Shown piece after piece: positions 1-9,242 of a stretch of DNA of 18,990 bases. Under the pieces are notes generated by a model, which made no database searches, was not told the DNA's origin, and saw only the letters and a program-made list of their open reading frames with translations. The position numbers and the translations under genes were made by a program. The stretch lies in assembly GCA_001179505.1 (NCBI GenBank), contig CDMY01000804.1:1-18990 (forward strand), in the 5' to 3' direction. Position 1 is the first letter of the stretch. Each line of letters begins with the position of its first letter. Source of the stretch: Vitrella brassicaformis CCMP3155 (Eukaryota > Protista > Chromerida).

Positions 1-421
1 GGGGGGCCCGCCGCCGTCTCGCGGGATGAGGGTAGGTGGAGGGGGTTGGGTGTAGTCCGATACACGCTCGCTCATCCGAAAAGGAGGAGAAACAGCCGAG
101 AAATCACCAACTCAATCATGATGACGTGGGCGCCTTGTTGTCATTCAGGTGATGAGATGATGCAAGGAGTCTGGATCCGCTGGAGGGAGGGATAGATAGA
201 TGGAGGGGAGGGATAGCTACGCTATCCATCATCTCCATCCCTCGTAATTTTTTCCGCATGGCTCTAGGGTTGTTGAGCGCGTTGCCTGCTTGTATCTGGC
301 CGCCGCTCGCAGCGCATTGCATATCCTCCTGTCTGCTGCATCTGCCCTCTGCGTGCTGCGTGTTTCGTGTCCGGGTTGCATGTTAGGGTGCCTGTTTCAT
401 GTTGGACAGACCGACAGGGGA

Positions 422-464
422 CTTGGCCGTCAGGCCACCTAGGGTGCTCCCTGAAACCGCTGCT
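422..464 (+). repeat. Third, partial copy of the internal core of the 17-18.9 kb repeat
   Basis: GGGTGCTCCCTGAAACCGCTGCT (442-464) is identical to 17252-17274. The preceding CTTGGCCGTC is also shared, and CTAGGGTGCT matches copy B at ~18800-18809. Confidence 0.75.
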
Positions 465-768
465 ACTGTTGAGCGCGTTTAACTGTTTTCTTTGCCTTGG
501 TCGATGGGTGCCGATTGTCGTTTTCGTTTGTGTCTAAGTAAGTCCTGACTACGGGTGGGGTGGCTGATTCACTACTATGCTCATGTGTTAAGATACGGAG
601 GGAAGGACCATGTCTCTCAGTTCAGGACAAGGAGTGCCATCAATCCGTGTGTCTGATCGATGCACAACGCGACTCACCCACACACTCAATCATGTCATGC
701 AGATAGACACGATAGATGTACATGTGGCAAATCTACATGAGTGCCTATGTATCGATCCATCTTGTCAG

Positions 769-2164
769 TCACAGCACACCCGGCAGGACGACCCACCGAC
801 ACCCACCACAACTGATGGACACACAGCAGACACATGCAAACCCTCCGTGCGACTATGTGTATTCGAATTCATCCGCCACACCTCCTATGTGCGCCATTGT
901 ATGCATTGGGAAGATTGTCCCGGTACCACCGGTCGACCCGAAGGCCTGCATACAATTGCACAACCAATAAAGACAGATGCGTAGACGACTTACGGCTTCC
1001 TCTCACCGTTCAGCACAAGAGTTGTGGTGACGAACACAACACACGACCATCTGGAAATGCCATTCACGCATACAGGCATGCGCATTGGCACACACTTTCT
1101 AACGCGGCCGTCGCTCACAGGAGTGTCTTTGTGTGAGGGTGTGCGGCGGCCAGTGCGGCATAGATGGCGATCTCTGCCGTGTAGTGGGGGCACGTCAGCC
1201 GCCGGAACAGCACACCGGGGGGATACTCCCGCCTCTCACCCACACGAGACCTCGCGCAATACAGACGGGCTAATGTGCGATGACACCTATGCTGACACAC
1301 AGACACACAGACACACAGACAGACCGACACACAAGAACAGAGAGGACACGGTCTACCTGACGTCTGTGTCGGTCTGTTCGTCCACATCCTTATTCGCTCA
1401 CTCCTGACTCACCTGAATGACGTTTGCGGCACAGAAGAGTACAATGGGCAATGTGGCAACACGTCCCCCACTAGTGCTGTCGCTCACGGCCCTCACAAGG
1501 GCGATCGGCGTCACTACATAAAAGCTGACCACATTGGAGTCACGTGTGGGATCTCATGCTACCGCTGCTGGTGGTTGTGCTGCTCACCTAAGTCCGACTA
1601 AATATGCGACCACATGCATTCGGCTGGACGGCTGATCATCCTTGTCCCGTCGCTCCCTGCCGCTGGTGCCGCCGAACAGGATGCGCTGCTCTAGCAACCG
1701 CCGACCGAGATGCGCCTCGTACAGCACAAGGGACACCAACGACGCACCTGACGGATGGATACGACACACACACACACACACACAGAAGTTCTTCGATGCA
1801 TTGGCGCAAGGGTGGACGCCTTTGCTCCGCTGTGCTTACCATTCACCGTTGTTGTGGCGGCCCAAACGACGCACACGGCATTCCACACGACTCCCAGCAG
1901 ATAGAAATGCCAGAACCAGCACTTTGGCACCCACAGGTCATCAAGCCACACCCATATCCACTGCAAAATGCCTCTGCCCGCCTCGCGTGTTCCCTTGGTC
2001 ACGCGGCCCTCCCTCTGCAACGGTCCGTGAAGACTCCAGCGCCTCAGCGTCTGCGACCAGCATGTGAGAAAGGCAAACACGGCACCGGCGAGATAGTAGA
2101 ATATGATTGTGGCGTCAAGGAGCAGGGGCAGGGGTGCACGGAGGCCTGGCCATGCTGGATTCAT
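769..2164 (-). CDS. SRD5A3: Polyprenol/polyprenal reductase (steroid 5-alpha-reductase family, SRD5A3/DFG10-like), 7 exons, ~306 aa
   Basis: Hand-spliced GT-AG exons 2164-1840, 1747-1588, 1524-1413, 1291-1119, 1050-1007, 945-882 and 811-769 are phase-consistent (921 nt). Family motifs appear in order: VPKCWFWHFY, RRLLEQ...SRMHVVAYLVGL, QHRCHRTLARL, YPPGVLFRRLTCPHYTAEIAIY, RWYRDNLP and C-terminal RWVVLPGVL*. Several hydrophobic segments are present. Confidence 0.9.
1764..1784 (+). repeat. (AC)n microsatellite in an intron of the polyprenol reductase gene
   Basis: Uninterrupted AC run; representative of many intronic CA/GT tracts in the window (e.g. 2581-2600, 4684-4719, 10959-11007). Confidence 0.9.
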
Positions 2165-2375
2165 CCCATCACACTGCAGCTCATGAGATCAACTGCAGAT
2201 CCAGACAGACACACACATTCATTCATCTTTTGCACCTGCTTGTCTGACATGTTGTTCACCGCCTATTGACGAGTTCTCCTTTGCAGTTTCTCCCGTTTTC
2301 CCTTCCTGCGCGAGCTTGAATTGCATGCTCAGCTTGCAGATCTCCCCCCTCGGATGCTCCACCGAAGGCCCATTG

Positions 2376-5300
2376 ATGGCCGCTGTGTCCGCACGCCGCC
2401 TGAGCTCTGCCAAGCCGCTGCTCTTCAATGCTCAGACGCTCGAAAGATCTGTTGGCATCACATCGTTCGCCTGCCGTGACGCAGGTATGGACGCGTTGCT
2501 CATGCTGCACGCAAAGGAAGCAGCAATCCCATGCATTCGAATGCATGCACTCGGTCTCTGCTGGTGTTTTCTCTTTCTCTGTGTGTGTTTGTGTGTGTGT
2601 GCGCGCAGATGGCTTCGATGGCGTGCTGGACGCGGCAAGGCAGCCGAGGGACTACATGGTAACTCACCAGTGCAAGATCTATGGCTGTTGCTCAGTGCGA
2701 TTCATTGCAGCTGAATGAGGTAGACCGTGAGGGCCGTTTGGTGCAGCTGTTGAGCCTGGAGGACTCCCTCTACCGCCTCCCACCACGCAACCCAAAACAG
2801 CCTAACCTCACATTCACACTGTACGGCACACACACACATAGAAAGCCATCCACGAACATACGCAGGGGATGAGTCGACCAGATCATCCATGTATCTGCGC
2901 AGGTACCGTAGTGGTCTGGAGGTCTACACGACGCTCAAGGCCATCAGCTACGTGTGCGACGTCCCCTACCCCCATCTGCGTGTGGCTGGCCAGCTGGGCC
3001 CCCCCACCCAGGGCATATCTGTGCAGTCTGTGATAGCAAAGAAGGTCTCCCGACAGGAGCTGCTGCCGTTAGTGGAGCAGCTGAGCGAGCGGACGGACCT
3101 CAGGTGCGGCAACTTCGACTACACCGTGACCGACGAGTTGGGCGACGGCCACAGTGGGGGTGAGAGGGGCGTCTACCGGCTGTCGGCTGCTTTGAGGCGT
3201 GTGTCACCGAGTGCTGAAAGTAAGGTGGCCGAGATGGTCACTCAGATCTCTCAAGTGGGCTTCCTCAACTACTATGGTACGTCGGTGGACAGCCAGCCAT
3301 CCATCCATTGCACAGCCGACTTGCCAATCGCTCACAATCGCGTTCTCACCGATGGATATGTGTGTGTGGATAATGCAGGTTCTCGATATTTTGGCCGGAG
3401 TGATGTGAAACGGCATGAGGTGGGCCTGGCGGTGCTGCAGGGCGACTGGCGAAAAGCCGTCGGCCTGCTCATTGGAACCAACAGGTGGGTACGTGCGTGG
3501 GTTCCCGGGTGGACTCGACTCACACCAGTCAGGGATCGGGGGGAGTGACGCACGAACGGGCAGCCGGCTCGCTCTCAGGCCTCCCTGCGTGCACCCACTG
3601 GGGATGGGAGGGGAGGGTGATTACGCGAGCCAAGAGAGAGGCTAGGGCCACCGGGCTCCCAGCGCCCCTTTTAGACACGTGTGCATGACAACAGGGGTCT
3701 AGAAGGGCTCGGACACCTTTGTGGACTGTCTGTGCTCTTTATGTATGCAGGCGAGAGGATTCCCCGACGTTTGAGGCGTGGCAGGCGTTCCAGAAGGGAC
3801 AAATGGTATGGCTGGTCAGCTCCGAGGAGAAGGCTCCATGTGTCCATGTCCTAGAAGTGGTGATCCATCCACCTGTCACTGGTTGTGTGAGGATGTCACA
3901 GAAAGACTGCCTCTCCCTGTTGCCCGACACGTGCCCCAACCTCCGGGAGATGATTCTCACACTCATCAAGACAGGGTAAGCAGATAACGCAAAAGCACAA
4001 GTCGCCTCCTCATTTGTGTCCGTGTGTTGTGTCTGTCTGTGTGCTGTGTGTCAGCGATGCGAGGGAGGCGTACATGTCACTGCCTGCGGTCGTGCGCCGG
4101 CAGCACATGTCGGCCATCGGCAAGTTCGCATTCAACCTGGCCGCGGATTTCAGAGTTGGCCGGTACGCATAACAACCCCGCGAGTGGCGTGAACCGTGCA
4201 TAATCCTGTCCGTGTGGTTGTCAGTATGGGCCACAAGGTCCTCCCTGGAGACTTTGTGCGGTCACCCGCAGCACCTGGAGGGGTCAGTGAAGCAACACAA
4301 GACAGAAGGGCACAGTGTGCAACGCAACCTACCTTTCTGTGATGGCTGGCTGGCTGTATGTGTGTGTCATTCATTTGTCAGGTGAGTATGGTGCAGGTGG
4401 AGGACATCAAGAAGAAGATGTGGCGTCTGGAGGACGTGTTGCTGCCGGTGCTGGGCTCGGGGGTGGACCTCCCAGACAATGCTGTGGCCCAATTCTACAG
4501 ATCCATCTTCGACAGATTCGACCTCTCGCCACAAGCACTCACGGTCAATAGGACGAGAATGCAGCCACAGTACAGGCATTCTTGTATCGGGCTGTTTCCT
4601 TCTGGCATACTGCAGGTTCCCTCTAAGCCAGAGCTGGCTGTCACGGGTTTCTACAGGTGAGTACATCAAGTACGCTGACTGTCCACACACACACACACAC
4701 ACGCATCGTGTGTGTGTGTCTCTAGGCCGGCTGTGAGCATACCGCGCGAGATCCAGTGGGACATGGTGCACTACCAGCAGCCACACACACACACCCACGA
4801 GGCCCCCGACGGCGACAATGCAGGCAGCCCCCCCGCCCCGGTGCCCCTCCTGCTGTGTGGCCTGCAGCGGCTCAAGGCACTCAGGAGGACGACCATCACC
4901 GAGGAGGGTCATGATAATGAGATGGCAGACGCTGCCACAAGTGGTACGCAAGAGAGAGCGCATGGCCACATAGCAGGCAGGCAGGCAGGCGGACGGATCG
5001 CAGTACGTGTGCTCTCTGCATGTGTGTAGATGCGGCTTCCGACGACTGTATGTTGCCCCCTGACGTGCCCGACTTCGACAGTCCCGGCGGTGCCGACGGT
5101 GGTGTTGTGGGTGACGACTTCGCTCGCCCGTCGGACGGCTCTGCAACAGCCGACGCCTCGTCAGGCAGGGGCGGCAGGGGAGGGGGCGGGAGAAGAAGCA
5201 TCAGGCAAAAGGTAAGTACGACAATAAGATCTCTCGGGTGGTATGCAGCCTTGTTCGTGCCTTACGTTTGTGTGTGCAGCGTCAGCAAGACACGGCGCTG

Positions 5301-5497
5301 CGTATTCGCGCGACGCTCGACAGACACGCAGATGGTCAGAGAGAGGGGCAAGACATTTGTGGGATGTGCGCGAGTGTGAGTGTGTTTACGTGTTTGCGTG
5401 TGTGTTGACAGGTATGATGTTCTTACGTGAGCTGCTGCATCGTGATGTCTCGGAGTTCGATGTGTCGGCCGATAAGATATCTGACAAGCTGCTGTGA
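2376..5497 (+). CDS. PUS7: TruD/PUS7-family pseudouridine synthase-like protein with degenerate catalytic motifs, ~15 exons, ~595 aa
   Basis: Phase-consistent exons: 2376-2484, 2609-2658, 2711-2820, 2903-3276, 3379-3484, 3751-3805, 3902-3975, 4055-4162, 4225-4282, 4382-4543, 4616-4656, 4726-4943, 5030-5211, 5280-5334, 5412-5497. TruD landmarks appear in order: VGITSF, FDGVL..DYMLNEVDREG, LTFTLYRSG, GFLNYYG, LPGDFV, LEDVLLPVLG..LPDN, VTGFYR, FLRELL. An upstream in-frame ATG at 2325 is an alternative start. Confidence 0.85.
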
Positions 5498-5695
5498 TGT
5501 CGCTGGCTGCATGAATTGGCTGACACTAAATCACATTGGATGAATGTACAGACACAAATTGAGAGCAACGATTAAGTATAGGCAGGCGAGGCAGGCCTTA
5601 TGTCCACACACATACACACATACACACACGTCCCCCAGAGCGCCACAAACCGGCAGACAGCAATGCGATGAGCCCATGTCGATGTGTTTATCTAG

Positions 5696-6450
5696 CTATT
5701 GTTTGACCGGCACCTGCTCTTCCTCCACACTGACCCCCAGCTGCTGCAGCCCCTGCTTGGATGTGGGCCCTATCTCAGCGTTGCTCATGAGCTGCTTGGA
5801 CACCTGGGCGCAGAACGAGCCAGGCGACTGGTCCGCCTGCCCGACTCCACCATCTTGGCCAGTGTGTCCCGCACAGGAAAGTCATCGGGCATGTTCATCT
5901 CGTCCAGCAGCTCGCTGAGGTGCTCCAACTCCGCCTTGCGGTCCGAGGCGTGCTGGGGGTGCGCCTTGAAGTATTGTTGCAGCTCCTTCTCGCAGGCCTT
6001 CTTGAGCTTCTCCTCTATCCGCTTGGTCACCTGGGCCAAACTCAGCTGGTGCTTGTGCTGAGAGGTGTCCCGCAGACTGGTCGACTGCTCGGTCAGCGCC
6101 GTCTGGCCGTCGAGGGGCGAGGGATTGCTGCCCTCGGTGCGTGGGGGGCCGTCGGGCTCATCTGAGTCGGGGTTGGCCTCCACCAGGTCCGGCCAGGCGA
6201 TTTCGCTCTCCTGCTGTGCCTGGGCGCCCTCCTGCATCATTGCAGTGGCCTGGTCGGATGCATCCACAGTGAAGGAGGTGCCGGGAGAGGCGGCTGCGTC
6301 CTCTGCAGTGTCGCTGTTGGTCAGGGATTGGTGAAGGGCCTGCTGCGCTCGCTCCACATCGATGAGACTCCTGCGGGTCGCTGATGCTGGGGTGGGGCCC
6401 AGAAAGAGCCACACAAGGCTGACGCAAAGGACGAGGGAGCGAAACAACAT
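5696..6450 (-). CDS. Predicted secreted protein of unknown function (signal peptide, acidic low-complexity middle, helical C-terminal part); 3' end needs a -1 frameshift or a short intron near 5840
   Basis: The ATG at 6450 gives MLFRSLVLCVSLVWLFLGPTPASA|TRR, a classic hydrophobic signal peptide with A-x-A. The intronless frame runs to a stop at 5785. A GC3-rich, protein-like reading (ADQSPGSFCAQVSKQLMSNAEIG...PVKQ*) continues in another frame to the TAG at 5696-5698. Confidence 0.7.
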
Positions 6451-6543
6451 CGCGAACGGGAGGGTACCAAAGGAAGGCGGCCCCACGGGGGGGCCGTTTC
6501 GCGACCGGCGATCGTTCCCTCTTCCCCCCCCTCTCTCGCAAGA

Positions 6544-8990
6544 ATGGCCGCCTCTTCCAACGCCGAGGTGCTTGCTGCATTGACCCTGACCACTGACGAC
6601 GGGAAGCTGAATGTCAGGCTGGGACTGGAACACCTCAAGATAGTCGTTAAGGAGTACGCCAAGAAGGACCCCAAAGTCCGCACCTCAAACGAGATCCAGG
6701 TAGGTAGATGTGCCGCCCGCAACTGATCTGCAGACACAATTGGTATCGTGTCCTGCAGGCGATTGGAGCATGGCTGAATCAGCCTGGTTTGCTGGCCACC
6801 CTGCGCGAGGAGACGAGATTGGAGTGTGGTGCCAAGTGTTACTACAAGAGGATAAGGGCGGGGAAGGCCCTTGACAAGACACTCCTGCAGAAGTATGCTG
6901 TGGTCGTTATCGGTACGCATGTCCATCAGAATTGCCGGTGACGGCCGTGTGCGTGTATCTTCAGAGGGCCTGCTCGCCCAGTTTCAGCATTCGATGGCGC
7001 CTGAAGTGCCCTCCTTCTCACGCTTCAGACCTCCAGGCACACCATCAGAAGCATCGTCGGCAGAAGGCATGCAGCCACACGCACGCACACAGACAAGAGC
7101 ACGAGGATATGATGTCCCGCGTGCAGGGTCTGCATCTGTATCTTCGTCTTCCGTGTCCTCTCCGTCTGAGAGGCGGCTGCTCGCTCTGGCGCCCCCGGAC
7201 CCCAGGCGGCAGGAGATGGGATACCTGGGGCTCGATCTCGACGAGGCGCTCAAAAAAGCCGTGCGTGTGTGGAGATCGGGTGAGGGAAGGAGACACGACT
7301 GAGACACATTTATGGCTCCGTGTCTTTCTTATGCATCATGTGTCAGGGACCTTGCTGCTGTTTCCATCACTGCTGCCAAAAGCGTCTCGGGAGAACACTG
7401 GGGTGGGGGTGCGCCGCAAGCAGGTGGTGGTTGAGGAAGAGGCGATTAGAAGGCAGCAGACGGTGGAAAAGACCAAGGCGAGAGAAGGTATGGACGCATG
7501 GGTGTCTGTCTCATGCTGCTCAGGCAGACGCGAATGCTCGTGTCCTTTTGCATTTGTTGCTGGGCAGGATCGCGTTCTCCGGCTGTGGGTGTCGGCGAGG
7601 CACCGCAAATACTTGGAAGCGGCAAAGCTGACAGACCCCCCGCATCACGACCGGTAAGCTAAGGCAGCACAGCCAAGGACATGACCTTCGTCCGTATGTC
7701 TCTGCGTGTGATCCTGTCAGGTGTTTGTTGGTGGTTCAGGCGAGAGTGACGATGCGGCCCGCGCCAAGTGTTTCCCCACGGCGCTACCGGCATGGTACAA
7801 TGTTGAGTCCTACCTCTGGATCGCACTCACACACAACGACCTTATCCTGCTGCCATACGAGGCACGCTACACGCCTCAAGGAAGAAGAAAAGGACAGCCA
7901 CACCGCCATTTCATTTCGATTTTGGTGCAGGTGTTGGGTCAGAGTTTGAAGATCGAGCGTGCACAGGAGCAGAAGAGGCGAAGGGCCTTTACCGTTATGG
8001 CCCTGCCGCTGCAGATCCGCCGCCTTGTGCGCGAATCCCACATGGAGAGGCTGATGACCACTTTTCAGTACCAGTCACTGACCAGGGGCAGACTGCTGGT
8101 CAGAGAGGGACAAATCAGCAGCACCCTGTTCCTCGTCCTGTCGGGGCAGGTGCGCTTCTCGGCCACGGGGCGCACAGCCACAACCCTCTCCCAGACGCCC
8201 ATGCACCAGCTGCTGTCACTCCCACAACGCACTCTCGCTCGCCCGGTCTCGAGAGCCGACACACATGTCACAGATGTCACGGTCAAGGATGCAGAGGTGA
8301 GCAGCGCACTGGGCAGCAGCAGCAGGGCACTGGGCGGCACATGGGGCTCGGCAGCTCTGCAGTCGGAGGCTCAGATGGCTGCCGATCGGCCTGTGAGTGC
8401 GTCCGAGGGCGGCGCTGTGGTGATGGGTGGCGAGGAGCTGGGAGAGGCGGAGGGGATGGAGTTCAAAGCTGTCGAGACACACAAAGGGGTGCCTGGGTGC
8501 TCTTGGCTGGTGGGCAAGGGCGTGTGGGTGGGCTGCAGGGGGTTGCTGTCCATACCTGAGCTGTTCACTGTCCACACCGGTAAGCCAACTTGACACAACA
8601 ACACAGTCACCACACACGTTGCCCCTGAGTGTGTGTGTGTTTGTGTTTGTGTTTGTGTGTCTGCACATGCATGCAGAGACATCGGTGGTGGAGCTGTTGA
8701 TGTGTTCTTGCCACGACTTCCTGGACCAGTGTGGATCGATGGGCGCGTCGACAGGCCAGGACCTCCCCACCAAGCTTAACAGTGGCGAGGAGGCCCGGAC
8801 GGTGTGGGCCCTCAGCAACATCCAAGGACACGTGGCCACGGCTCCTCAGCTGAGCATCCCCCGGCTGACGCTGCTGGAGCCGCCCCCGTGTGTGGTGCAG
8901 GAGATGCAGCGGTACCTCGACCTCACCTCTTGGCGGCCGCCTAAACCGCCATACAAGAGGGGCACCGACCTCATGCAGGCTGAGAGCTGA
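6544..8990 (+). CDS. Multi-exon protein with a degenerate cyclic-nucleotide-binding (cNMP/CAP_ED-like) domain
   Basis: ATG 6544 (MAASSNAEVL) is followed by phase-consistent exons with GT-AG introns, for example 6700-6758. The segment FQYQSLTRGRLLVREGQISSTLFLVLSGQVRF (~8060-8160) matches the start of the cNMP-binding beta-roll pattern. The last clear exon ends MQAES* at 8990. Some internal junctions and the true 3' end are uncertain. Confidence 0.6.
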
Positions 8991-9242
8991 CACGCATGTG
9001 CTGCCTGCAGTGCTTACTGTGTCGATCTCGTGACTTTGGGTCTGTTGGGAGACAGAGCGGCATCTTTGCTGGTGAAGAAGGGAAGGGGACATACTACACG
9101 AGCAGCTGTTGTGTGTGTCTGCAGGTGCGGTTGGCTGCCACGCAGCTCGTGCAGACACGACTGTGTGTACGTGTCTGTGTGGTTTGGTTTGATGATGGGA
9201 CTCGCTATAGCACAGAGCTCTCAATCACCCATGGGTACTCAT

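Noticed and set aside
869-881. Earlier stop (CGG*) for the polyprenol reductase
   Set aside because: Splicing 881-812 gives the family-like C-terminus RWVVLPGVL*, which fits better.
4367-5146. Long antisense ORFs over coding exons (also 6321-6926, 8216-8839, 15399-16208, 16208-16798, 17390-18193)
   Set aside because: They shadow GC3-rich exons on the other strand, run through microsatellite introns and have no recognisable motifs.
5836-5849. 14-nt GT...AG micro-intron that would repair the secreted-protein frame
   Set aside because: It is far shorter than any other intron supported here (about 50 nt or more); a base loss or the 38-nt intron is more plausible.
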